Source of the DNA: Schmidtea polychroa
Taxonomy: Eukaryota
DNA length: 64,000 nucleotides
Assembly: GCA_044892525.1 (NCBI GenBank)
Contig: CM097885.1
Coordinates: 187,426,001 to 187,490,000 of the forward strand
Direction: 5' to 3'
In this document: positions 38,561-51,154 of the stretch, in pieces
Layout: the number at the start of each line of letters is the position of its first letter
Numbering within the stretch: position 1 is the stretch's first letter
Position numbers and translations under genes: made by a program
The notes under the pieces: generated by a model
Database searches by the model: none
What the model was told of the DNA's origin: nothing
What the model saw: the letters and a program-made list of their open reading frames with translations, nothing else

Positions 38561-38912
38561 TTTTTTTCCCGGGGGGGGGGGGAGGGGGAGGGGGTATATT
38601 TGGCCGGGCGGTGACCTGTTCTGGCGGTGACCAATCATACTACTTACAATAGTTACAGGGTAAATATAAATGTGATTTAAAGCTTCGAATACTAGTAAAA
38701 GATTCACAGTTACTTTACTATAAAAATTATACAATTTCCTGTCGAGAAAACGTGACTGAAGTTCGGCACAGAAGTATAGATCTCGAGCCCGAATAAGCGC
38801 CATATTAGATAAAAATGAATTTTTACAAATACTAGCACAATAATCAACGAATAACTAGTTTCAACAACTTAATTGAATAATTTTGAAAATAGATGGAAGT
38901 GGGCTATATAAC

Positions 38913-41290
38913 TAGGCTTGACAGATAAAAATTTCGAAAAAACCGTACATACAAAAATTGATCAGCATAAAAAAGAAAACAATTAAAGATACATGTTATG
39001 TAATTTTTTTTATTATTATAATTATCAGTAAATATGTTATATATAAAATTAATAAATTATTTTAAAAAATAAAATAATTTAAAAAATAAATTACAAGGTC
39101 TTTAATTCTCCCTTAACAAAAAATTAATTATATCACTTCAATAAAATATTAAAATTAATTATATGAATAGTATAACAATTTAAAAAACAAATAACAAGGA
39201 CTTTAATTCTGCCCTTAAAAATACTTAATTATATTATAAGTATAACAATTTAAAAAATAAATCACAAGGACTTCATTTAATTATAATTTGATTAGGTATA
39301 TTTTCCATTTCCTTTAAGTTTTTTTAATAATTCATCTTTCTGAATCACATATTTGTAAAACTCTTTGCAATTCATATTAAAATTATGCTTCACGAGGATT
39401 TCAGCTTCTATATTTTTTATAAGGAGACGACCTCAATCGCGTTGGAATGAGGTACCGCAAAAATAAATTCTACAATTTTAAGCATATTTAGAGAATTAAA
39501 TGTTTTAAATATTTTTAACCATTTTTCTTCATATGTTAATTTCTGTATATCTGGTATAATTTCTTTAAATATTATGTACTCTTCAAATAAACCATCTACG
39601 TCAATATTTTTTATAGGAAATACCTTCAGTACATTTAATAAATCTTCAAAAACAGGAACTTCTACCAATTTAAAAACATTTAGAGCTTTGTACTTATTAT
39701 TAATGAAATCAAATTTTTTTTCAATATATTGAATCAATTGTTCTAAAAATGCAGAAGCTCTTTTGAGAAATAATGTTTTTTCAGTATCATTATTGCATTT
39801 TTCTAATGCCTGTTGTGCTATAGTACCATAAAATTTCTTAAATTCTCAAGCAAGTCATACACTTCTATTACTACAGGACCTTCACCTTCTAGCTTTAATA
39901 TTACATTTTTAATAATTGACCCAATATTGGATAGCAAACCTAAATACGCTTCTGACAACTCGTTGTTTAAGAAATCTATGACTAAAGCCGGTGGTGAAGA
40001 TTTGGAATTGAAATATGATTTTATTGGCTCAAAATTTTTGTAAAGGCGATCGATAGCCGGCACAAGAGATAACCAGCTTGTTGAAACATGGCGTAACATT
40101 TCTGTGTATTCCATATCGCAAAAATCATAAAATTCCATTAGCGTTTGCTTCCTTTTCGTATGAGAGCTGAACTCATTATATATTTTAACTATAATACATT
40201 CTAAGTCAAATTTCAGTAAATTTGAAGCAATTTTAACAGCATTTGACAGCATATGGCACAAACATCCTAATTCTATAATGCCTGGATTTATTTTTCTGAG
40301 CTCAGTAAAACACTTTGATTGCGACCAAAATTGACTTGACCACAGTAGCTTATTATGCTTTTTGGATCTAAATCTGCTTTATTTTTCATCTTTCAAAAAA
40401 TATCGTAGTACTAGAGGAAACATTTTTATATTTCCCTTGTTAGATGCGTCTGTAGAAATACTATAAGGAAGATTTTTGCTTTTTATATTAGCAATAATAG
40501 AATTTTGGGATTCTTTTGCTAATACATTACTATTTTTGTTACTATTTTTGAACATTTAGTACGGCCACAAGTGAAATTGGATGCTATTTTTGAATCAGGA
40601 AACAGAGTATGCAATAAAGCACTGGTACAATTTGATGAATTGAAGGTATGCGAATGCTGAATACTGTGATTTACAAAGTAGCCCCAATGAAGTTATTGAT
40701 GATGAGGCTGAAAAAAATGAAGTTAGGCTATTGTAACTTGATGCTGCTTTTAAGTTGGTTATGTTTTATTGTTTTCATGTGTTGTTTCACATCTCGAATT
40801 CCAGATACGGTAATGCTAAATTCTGTGTGACAGTGAATACATTTGGCAGCATTGGGTTTCCTGCTACTCTGACCAGCCATTGCTAAGATTTTGGCCACTC
40901 ATTGTTAAAATGATTTATACGACGTTGTCTTTTTATTTTTTATTTTCCACTAATATTTTGATTTTCATCTTCCGTGTTGTATTCGCTGCTGTCAGTATCA
41001 ATTTCTTTTTCCATCATATATAAATCTTAAATAAAATAAAAAGAAGATTTACATTTAAATACTTTTTTTAACAAATATTCCAGAAATAATACACTAAGAT
41101 TACTAAAACGCTGCTTCATTAAAGTTGAATTGGACAAAAATTATATTATAACAAAACAAATCAAAAAATAATCAGTAATTAAACGTACCTTTAGGGAAGT
41201 TTTCACTAATTCCGTAAATAACGTACATTCTTATTTTGTAAGCCAAAATAACGTTCGGTACGTTCAAATAACGTAAACCTGGCAAGCCTA
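38913..41290 (-). mobile_element. Fully bounded hAT (Blackjack-like) DNA transposon, 2378 bp
   Basis: TIRs TAGGCTTGACAG / CTGGCAAGCCTA. Perfect 8-bp TSD TATATAAC at 38905-38912 and 41291-41298. Confidence 0.93.
39380..41017 (-). pseudogene. hAT transposase with BED finger, stops and frameshifts
   Basis: AAKCIHCHTEFSI...VKQHMKTIKH (BED), TDASNKG, CHMLSNA, RHVSTSWLSL and VPHSNAIE motifs. Confidence 0.9.
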
Positions 41291-41303
41291 TATATAACTC
41301 AGA

Positions 41304-41700
41304 CTCAAACACCCCCATTTCTCGCCATTTTAATTTTTTCAGAAATTCAACTGTCCATTTAAACAAAGAACATGAGTCATATGATGAGTCATTCGTCGTA
41401 GTACAAAGACAATGAGTAATAACATTTTAAGATAGAATTGTTTTTTCAAAATTTTTATATTGAAACTCCAACTCAAACACCACTCCGTTCATTTTGGATT
41501 TTTCAAAAATTCGGCTGTCCATTTAACAAAGAACATGATTCATACTTTTATTTAAACATTATTGAAGTATTTTTTAACATATAATTGATTAACATATAAG
41601 TAATTATTTTTTCAAAATTTTAATTTTAATTTTCTAACTCAAACCCCAATACCGGTCATTTTTGATTTTTCAAGATCCCTATTGTTCATTTAACAAAAAT
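41304..41700. repeat. Diverged tandem repeat, period about 167 bp, up to three units
   Basis: ctcaaac(a/c)cc...ttttt...ctgtccatttaac recurs at 41304, 41472 and 41638. Confidence 0.7.
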
Positions 41701-41769
41701 CCTTTATAGTTTTCTCTCTTCAAAGTTTTACCTTTTATTTTATGGTCACATTTTTTATCATGTGGATAG

Positions 41770-43300
41770 AGTCGTGTATGCTGTTGGTGCTCTAGCGGGA
41801 GTTACCTATCCTGACTCAGAGAAAAGGCTAACTTTCCGATGGTGTTATCACTAGAGGTGATGTTCTGTTGATGGGTGACGCCTAGAAGACCAAACACGAC
41901 TATTTCAAGGTACCGGCTGTATACCCGCGCGTGTGAAACGCGTTGGTACTGTGTACAGCTGCGGTAATGGCAGGTAGAGATTAGCTGGCTTATTCCGACT
42001 GCTCACGTCGCACGTTCCTCAACAAACAGGACTGCCGATAGAAGGACTTACGTCTAAGTTAATTACAGACACCTTTTACACTTTATACTAAAATATTACG
42101 GATCTTGGGAAAAAGTAAGAGAAGGATTCGTGACTTCGGATTTACGATAAACTAAATGCGCGTGGAAACAGTTCACTCCGCCAATCATTAAAAGAATAAT
42201 AAACTAAACATTTTTTTGATTAATATTATAACGGATAATTTTCATATTTTATTGTCATAATATGTCATCCAGATAGAAGTTGGAGTCATCAAGGTCTGCA
42301 TTACGATATATATACGGCATTGAAGCCTGCTGGGTCGTTGGCTGGGAACCAGTCGACAGAGGTGGTGGAGGAGCCAGGGCATCTAGTTTGGCAAGCCTCC
42401 GAGTTTTGGCTCTTTGACGGCGCATTCAACAAGTCCCTGTGTAGTGGTTCCGACTCAGATTTGAAGGTACTGCTGCGACCGTTACGACAGTAGGGTGATG
42501 TCTAATTCCAATAATGCAGGACATTGGGGTACTTGGGCCTCCAGCTTTTGTGCTTGGGGAAGGTTATCAACAATAACTTGTGTTGTCGCCGAATGACTAA
42601 ACCCTGAGCTCGGCTCTGTCACAATCTCGTCGTGAGCCTTTTCCGACCGGAAAACTCACTGATACATGCCGTGGGATTTCTCTGAGGCGAGCTGAGCGGC
42701 TTCCACTTGATTCAACTTCTTCTGCTTCTGGCTCAAACGGTCGCGCAGCTTGTGTACTTCCTCTGTCAATTGAAGTTCGAAAAAAAATCGAAAATTGGAT
42801 TACCTTACTAAGCCCCCTGAGACAGATTTCCCTTATCCTAACATCTAAAGATTGTGAAAATCGCGCTCAGTTTAATCTACCACGCACTAGAACGGGAATA
42901 TTCTAGAGGGGTCGTACATGTGGTTTCCTCCGCCTGGTCGACCTATCTGTTAACCAGGTTTTCTACTTGCACGGGTCAATCCGTTTAAAAACTTCAAAAT
43001 CGTGACCTCATTCACCCGGAACTATCTCGTAGCATGGCACAAGGGGCCACCTGCGTACGCCACTAGATTCTTGATGAATTGTTCGTCCAAATGGTTATCA
43101 TCATTTGGTGACTTTATCCACTTGAAGCTATCTCGTAGCATGACACAAGGGCCGCCTGCGTACGTCACTAGACTTCAAGTAGATGAGTCTTCCAAATGGT
43201 TATTGTGCCACACTCGGTAAGCTTCAGAACCCAACGAGGAACTATCAAGGCTTCCGCGGTTTCCTCCACCCCCAGTTGGCTGTCATTTTTTGTACTGTCT
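41770..43300 (-). pseudogene. GC-rich degenerate coding island of unknown family with an internal ~110-bp duplication and an intron-like segment
   Basis: Broken minus-strand frames (LVAYAGGPC.MLRDS repeated, coiled-coil EEVHKLRDRLSQKQKKL, basic RRQRAKTRRLAKL). gt...ag segment near 42765-42810. Confidence 0.35.
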
Positions 43301-45194
43301 AATCATTGAAAATTGAGACTAGGTGAAAATATTGTTGTTATTTTTCATATATATCTTTATTTTTCAAAAAACGCGATAAAACTCCTTTAATACAACAAAA
43401 CTAGAAAACTCGAAAATATAATTTAATAATTTCAATTAAAAAAATCCAAAAAATACATAACACTTTGTTCGTGTCTGTTTTTTTCAAAAACAACACGAAA
43501 CCATTAACCTCGGGATTATTNNNNNNNNNNNNNNNNNNNNNNNNNNNNNNNNNNNNNNNNNNNNNNNNNNNNNNNNNNNNNNNNNNNNNNNNNNNNNNNN
43601 NNNNNNNNNNNNNNNNNNNNNNNNNNNNNNNNNNNNNNNNNNNNNNNNNNNNNNNNNNNNNNNNNNNNNNNNNNNNNNNNNNNNNNNNNNNNNNNNNNNN
43701 NNNNNNNNNNNNNNNNNNNNNNNNNNNNNNNNNNNNNNNNNNNNAATATCTCCACGAGCTCCCTTAACATTATTCTTAATAATACTGTTGGGGTTATAAA
43801 ATTGTTGAGGTCCGTAAATTAAAATAAATTTAAATGAAATATAGGTTAATAATTTAAATAAAAAGTAAGTGAAGAAAAAAGACAAATAAAAGCGGGATCA
43901 TGCACAGAATCGATAGTAAAGGAAAGTACGATGGAAGCAGTATTAGAAAATGCCAAATGCAATTACGAAAGGCAAGAATCCGGAAATCCGAGAAAAATCA
44001 ATAAATTGAAGAATCATCGAAATCGAATGGGGAAAACGGGACAGGTATAGAGTAGCTAATGGTCAACAAGATGATGGTTAGGGACAAGTATTTAGGGGAT
44101 AATGGATACAGTTAAGATATATTCGAGACCTGAGAAGAAAATTGAATTGGAAGCAAACCAGATCAAATAGTAAAAGTTCGATTAAAAGGAAGTTAGTGGA
44201 CAAAAGGTGAATATTGATAAAGATTTTGACAAAGCATCAGCGCCGAGCGGAGAACCTATTAAACTTGTAAAACTCTGTCGATGATTGTATCTTTGGATTT
44301 TGAGAGATTTTCGTAATTCAAATATACGTTGGGTAGTTCTTTGTTTTGTTATTTACGATTAAAGGGGCACCTGGAGTCAGAGGTAACCGATTTGAATTAA
44401 TAAAACCCAACAATACTATTGTTATATTCACTGCTACCGTCATTATATTTAATATCATTATCACGAGTAGATTCGACATTACTATTATTACCATTGTTAT
44501 CATTATTGTTAATATTGTTAAGGTATTCTTACTATCCTCATTTTTGAGATTATTACAGTTACGACTTTTTTACTGCCATCATCACTGGGCTCGATTGTTC
44601 CCCTCCCACAACATAAAAATTATACTTCTCAATTTTGAAATGCGGTTATCGATACAAATAATCAGTTCCATAATTTCCTAATACACCACTTAAAATTTTT
44701 TTTGGTTTCTCTCATTTAGAGGAATTAAGGAATCAAAAATCAAACATCTTAAAGCCCTGCTTTTCAAGTTCGGATTAAAACAAGTTCATTCGAAATCTGC
44801 AAGAGAAGATCCGACTCCTAGAGCAAAAGTCGGTCGTCTGAAGGAAACTTGGTTCACCCCCGTCCAGATGAAAGAAATCACCTTAAAAATCCGGAAATTA
44901 GAATTAGTATGATCTCATTGAAAACATTCGGGCCCAGCGTAACTTGATCCATGAGCAAACGCATGTCCTGCATCAGGTCTTTATTAAAAATCAAACCCAC
45001 ATTCAAAACTTTTCTTCGCTCGAATAGCCCAATATCATAAAAAAATTTATTTTCATCTATTTATTTTAATTTTAACTTCATTTATTAGTATGATATGAAC
45101 TCATGAGTAATTGGATGTTTAGTGAGTAAACGGTATTTCTTTCGAAACAATGTTCCATAGACTGGAAGTCGTTAATTTTCCTTAACCATTTCAG

Positions 45195-45350
45195 AATTTT
45201 TTTTGACATAAGAACTTGTATCGGCAATCCAGAACCAGAATAGAAAGTACAATAGGAATTAGTCCTAGCAATGGAGCTCATATTTTCATTGGCTCTCGAT
45301 CTTTGTGTACAGTACTAACATGGTCATACCATGGGTACACAGATTGGAAA
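45195..45350 (+). repeat. Diverged copy of repeat family C (the 250-bp unit of 58791-59540)
   Basis: gaacc.gaa.a.aaa.tacaat.gga.tagt..tagcaat.gagct...tgtgtacag.ac.aacatggt...ccatg.gtac is shared with the array unit. Confidence 0.7.
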
Positions 45351-46085
45351 TGAAAATATGCCCTCTGTGTAGACTATTGACCTAACACATCTGAAGCTGT
45401 TGCTTTTCTTCTAGAAATGCCAACATCTCATTGAATATAAAATATGAATGCGCTGTACACAAATGTAAAATCTTGCAGTGCAACTTCTAAATTATTATGT
45501 AAGGAAATCGGATTTCGGAGTTTGACCCTTAATTTGTTGGCTTCTTTGTTTATATGAATTGTTGGGGAACTTGCTCGGTAAAATTGTATAAAAATTCATT
45601 TTAATAGATCTTTTGCTGATATCTTTGTCGGATTTTGATACTCATGCCATTTGACATAGTATTGTTTATCCTTACCAACCTTTTGGATATCAATATTGTT
45701 TTCAATTCTAAATACGTTGGTTTGGAATAACTTGTAACTCGTAAAATTTCTCAGCCAAATCTTTACTATCCTAGTCTTTAATGACATACATTACAGAATT
45801 CTGTTTAGTATTTATTTTCGATATTTTCAAAACTTCATCACTCCAATTTGTATCTTTTTAATTCATTTTTTAACCACAAAATTTAATCGTTTCTCTTATT
45901 TAAAAGTAAAACTACATCAGATATTTTAAAGTTTTTATTGTAGTTAAATGATGTTTTAAATAAACAAATTCACTTTTAAAATTGGTTACACGTCATACTT
46001 TCAGAAAATATTGTTTAAACATATCAATTGCTATTTTCTTATAGAGGCAATATTCGTGAAATTTAAAAAATTTATTTTTATCCAA

Positions 46086-46616
46086 ATGAATTTCCTTATT
46101 TTAGTTTTCATTATATATCTGAATTCAGTTTCTTCAGAAGATTCAGTGTCTGTTGATTTTCAAGTAAAACCAGGAGGAATTGAGCACTCAGCAGTACACA
46201 CTAGAGTTGAATATTAATAAGAATTTAAAAAGAATTATTTAGAAATTTTATTTTTAGGATGGTGCCAAATGCACATTTACCTACATATGTCAAGGTGGTA
46301 CTAATGAAGTAATATCTATATTGTAAATTATATTAATTTCTCTAAAATTAGAATTGGATATTAGCTATTACAAAAATAAAAGACCAAAATACTTATGGTT
46401 GTTATATTCAACGAAAAGGTGGTAGAAGTCACAGTTATATTTTCTTTCAAAAATTTAGTTTGTCAGTTGCTGGAAATGTAGAATTCCACAACGGTCAAGC
46501 ATTTGTAAGCTTTAATTTCATTAATGAACACATTAAATATCCATATTTTATTTAGAAATCCGACGATACTAAATTGGCTCCAGCTGAATATAAAGTCGAC
46601 AAAAATTCAAAATCAA
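46086..46616 (+). CDS. MYDGF: Myeloid-derived growth factor (UPF0556) orthologue. Exons 46086-46205, 46258-46308, 46352-46504, 46556-46616; last exon unresolved
   Basis: Signal peptide, then DFQVKPGGIEHS, CTFTYICQGGTNE, W...C.IQR.G.SHSYIFFQKF and AEYKV, matching MYDGF motifs as I recall them. GT-AG introns of 52, 43 and 51 nt, all in phase. Confidence 0.88.
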
Positions 46617-47384
46617 GTAATAATAATATTTTTATTAATAAATTTAATTTATCTCTTTTAAATTATTTCAAATACAAATTAACTTTTATTTTTTCACATT
46701 TTTAATCATAATAATAATAATAATAATAATAATGAGATTAAATTGAAATTTAACATTAATTTTGGTAATTTTCATTTAATTGTTAAAGGCTTATGCAAAC
46801 GAAAGTGTTAGTAAGTAGTATAGATTTCGGAATTTTGACTAAGGTGTTTGTAACAAAATAATTAACAGATAGCCCGCCAAAGGTAGAGAAAAATAAGAAA
46901 TAATTGTTTTTTTGTTGATGCAAGTTATTGGTATGCCATGGTTGTGTCTATAGGGGATAAGGTGCCTTCCCCCCCCCCCTACAGCTTTCATTGGACCATA
47001 GCCCTACGATACGGATGAAAACAAGGGGATAGTTACGTCTTAATGTGTGTACCTTTTAATGTTGAACACGTGAATTATTCCGCGTGCAATCCGGGAGATG
47101 GTCACAGGGCTTCTTGAAAGTTCCAGAGAACCCATAGAGAAATTCAGTGGATCGCTCTTAAGTTATCACGTGTCCTCATCCCCTCCCAACTCTAGATAAC
47201 TCAACGTAATCGAGAATCGTTTTTACCAGGAAATTTGACATATATTTAGTCCTACTAATAAGCTAGTTTTTGTGGTCATGTGAAACCGTCACAATTTACC
47301 TTAGTTACCGAGAGCAAAAAGATGCCCCATCTTTAGCTTGACAAAGACATACAATTAAAACTCCGAAAAGAATAATTTTTCTTT

Positions 47385-48070
47385 ATGTATCCAAGAAAAA
47401 ATGAAATTAATCGATAATCTTCAAAAAAAATCTTTCTAATTTGAATTATTTAAATATTGTTATTGACAATTTTTTAATAGTAAAAATATAATTTCATTTA
47501 TTCGATTTCATATATTCTACTGACAAATTATAAGTAAAATATTGAGTTAAAGTAAAAAATTGAATATTATGCTTCATTTTCAACTTGTCTCAATATAACT
47601 CTAAAAATTTATTTCTATGTATTCATGGAAAAATGAAATTAATCGATACTTCAGAAATAATATATTTATATTTTGAATTATTTAAATATTGGCATTAATG
47701 AATTTTTTAATGCTAAAAATAAAATTTTCGTTATCAATAATTTATTTGATTAATATCATATATATTCTACTGGCAAATTATAAGTAGAATATTGAGTTGA
47801 ATTTATTTTTATGCTTCGCCTTATTTTTCAACTTATGCGTCATCTTTTAGATATAAATAAAACCCTGAAAATTTTATTTCTCTGTATCCAAAGAAAAATG
47901 AAATTAATCGATAATCTTCAAAAATAATATCTTTCTAATTTGAATTATTTAAATATTGTTATTAACAATTTTTTAATAGTAAACTATAATTTCATTTATT
48001 CAATATCATATATTCTACTGACAAATTATAAGTAAAATATTGAGTTAAATTGAATATTATGCTTCAACTT
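47385..48070. repeat. Diverged tandem triplication, periods 232 and 265 bp
   Basis: atgaaattaatcgata at 47401, 47633 and 47898. Confidence 0.8.
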
Positions 48071-51000
48071 ATTTTGGTATTTACATATTAGATAATACTC
48101 CATTTTCAAATTCAATCTGTTGTTATTTTCTCTGTTTATATAATGAGATTTACTACCTCATAATTAGTCGTTAACTGGTTGGTGAATATAAGGTATAAAT
48201 TATCTGCTCACATCCGGTTTAAATTAGAGACGGTTTTATATCTTCACAGATATTGACAAAATTCATAATTTTTCAAAACAAATAGTGGATTTTCTCCTAA
48301 ACCTTTCACTTTTCATCGTTCATGTGCCGATATTAAGATTACCTTAGATTGACATAACTATAATCCATTAGTGAGTTCGTATCTCGTTTCTTTTCCATTA
48401 ATATTATTAGAATTATAACAAAATTCTTATTTTCTTATATTGGCTTACTGAAACATAACAAATACAATTTTTTTTCCACAAACTAGTTTCTAAAATCTCA
48501 AATCTTATCAACAGTTTTAGTAAACTACTAACTCCATCACAATAATCACAATTTGTTCTAAGGAAAACCTCTGTTCAATTCAATTGATTGATAAACACTT
48601 GAAATCTCAATTTCAATAAATTCATATACACATGCGTAACTCGAATAATTTTCGATACCTAATAATTTTCGGCTACCTAAAAATTGTTAGCAACGCCTAT
48701 ATGCGATGGTCTTTCATTAATTTACTTTCGTTCGCATTTTACCTTACGAAAATCTGCTCAATTAGATAATAATCCTTCTTAATCTTTCGAATATCAAAAC
48801 TGGTTTTCTGTTTTTACGATGATTGAGGAGAAAGACAAATTTTTACACCTCATAGGAACTACTTTCAATTTGAAATTATTTGACTTGGGTTTATTGTTTA
48901 TCACCTGTTGAACTTTCAAATTAGTTTTTGATTGATTCATGACACTTGTGCATCACTTTGATTTTGGATTTCTTTACATTATTTCTATGCAAACGTTGGG
49001 TTTCATTTAAGAAATAAGATAATCCGGCTAGTTACTAACTTCTTGTGTTCTTTAATAAATATAAACAACTTCAATTGATTTGATCGACTCCGTTGCACAG
49101 TTTACAATAATATCCACAAGAAGTTTTTGCAATCTTTCTTTGTTTGATTCGTTTTCCAAATTAATACCTCGTTTCTTTCTAATTCTCGTCTCTACATTTA
49201 TCCTACCTGAAAATCAAAGCCAATTTTTCTGATATTGGGCCTCCTTCAAATACTAAAATTGTCCATGCCAATCTAAACGTTCTTTTCTTACATTCCTCTT
49301 CCAACATATTCTTCAACTGTGCTATCTATACTGACTCTAATCTCTTTACATTTACTTATGATTAATCGTGCTGTCGTGATAATGACCTCCGCAAATCCAC
49401 TTTGTTCGTTTTCCAGTTTCATTAACCAACAAACTTTTCTGATTAATTAACGATTTTCTGTTTTTACACTTAGTTTTGCTTTTCGAAAACTTCTAAACGT
49501 TTTACCACAAATCTATTTCTAACGATTTTTGAGTTTCAAATTTGAAAAATTTAACCATTTATTGATTTTCTAGAAATTTCCGTTTCTGTGGTTGTCATAT
49601 CTAATTATGCACCTTTCTTTGCTTTGTTTATTTTCCTGTCAATTTTACCTTTTTTTACACAACTCCGACATTATTCGATTTATAGGAATAATGAAATATT
49701 TGTAGATAATTTCGATCGTTTTGAACTTTTAGCACAAAATCACATCTAATATCTTTTCAATTAATATTTTTTAAATATATAACGGATGTTGATTTATGGC
49801 GTGAAAAGGCAGCTAGTTCATTAAATATATTTATGTTGATATTAAAATAATTTTGTTCCAGTTTCACAAGTCGATGGCAAATTTGGATCTCAGTTAAATC
49901 GAGTTGTCATTGAATACACTGTATTTGGAAAATCTAAGGAACTTTAGAAAATTTTCAATTTTTGTCTACTTTTCATTGGCCTCTTGTAAAAATAAATTTT
50001 ATATCTATGTTATTTTTGTTTTAAATTTGGCTGTGGAGTCGGAGTCGGTTTTAACGTTCTGACTTCGATTCTATGTTTAAATTTGTGTTTTTATTGGAAT
50101 TAATGATTAAAATATTTATTGAATTTGTTTCTGACTCCATTAGTGTTCTTGGGTATCAAATCAATGAACTTCCCACAAAATATAGATTTATTGATAATAA
50201 ATTGATAACACAAAAATATTGCACTGAATTTCAAAAATGTCAATAAATTGCATTCAATTATTTCCAGTACATGTGCACAAAGGCACAATGGTTATGGAAT
50301 CCAACAGTGAGACGGTTCTTTCAATGAAGTAATTTTCAATCCTCAGTTTCTTTATCGTTGTCACTACATTCAAAAAATTTTGAATATTTACTTAATTATC
50401 TTATACTTCATTGGCCTTTACTAATTTTCTTTCAATTTAACTACCATTTCCTCTATGTCTGTTGATACGTTGATCTCTGGTTACTCAGGTGGCATCATTT
50501 GGCCATAGAGGTCAACAGCATTAAACGAGTGGTTAAGATTTTCTAGAAGAAAACATTTGCCTTAATTAAAATCTATTAAATTAATGTTAGGAACTAAATA
50601 TATAAATTTTTTATTATAAATTTACGAGATGTTCGTTAAAATTTTTGTATAAAAAAGTAATGGTTAAAAGTATGGAAAAACAAAAAATTACCAACAAGTG
50701 TTTCAAATTTTTTTCAAAATTTTCATTTATTACACAATAAAAAGAAACCACAAGGTATTAAGTTGAAAATTAGAGTATAAAATTGAGAAAATAATTAGGT
50801 AGAAATTTTAACCATTTTATGGCGAAAACACAACTTTAGGGCTGTGATCACCATCTGATTTTGATTGGCTTACGTTTGTAACTGCTCAATCAGATTATAT
50901 TTTTCATTCATGGCATCAGGTTGGATCCAAGTGCTTTCTATCGTTCGGCATGGGCCCTTCACTTTTTCCACTCTCCTATACCAATCAAGTTGCGGCATTG

Positions 51001-51154
51001 TGGTATGCCGGCATATTTTCTAGCAGCTGGATCACTAAAACGGAAAATTAAACTATCAGGAAAATAAATGTGATCGAGTTAATACGGTTCCTATCTGCTT
51101 GGAGCCACTGAACGTCTTTGGGGATTCAAGCTAATATTCCATCACTTCAACCTT

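Larger units (their letters stand above)
26837..38644. mobile_element. Giant palindromic non-autonomous element, Polinton/Maverick-like ends (11.8 kb including two N gaps)
   Basis: Left arm 26837-32192 is the reverse complement of right arm 33067-38644. Termini AGTAGTATGATTGG / CCAATCATACTACT. Direct repeat TACAAT at 26831-26836 and 38645-38650. No ORF over about 93 aa in the track. Confidence 0.75.

Noticed and set aside
26831-38653. 9-bp TSD reading (TACAATAGT at 26831-26839 and 38645-38653), which would suggest a MULE/Foldback element
   Set aside because: It makes the termini asymmetric by 3 nt (AGTATG vs CATACTACT), whereas the 6-bp reading gives perfect TIRs. Disfavoured, not excluded; sibling insertions would decide.
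26984-38803. Short mirrored ORFs in the palindrome arms (26984-27244/38211-38492, 28132-28317/36995-37180, 28640-28843/36424-36627, 38552-38803)
   Set aside because: They are translations of minisatellite, cassette or G-tract sequence and recur only because the DNA is duplicated. No domain signal.
43465-43885. ORFs spanning the N gap at 43521-43744
   Set aside because: Artefacts of translating N as X.
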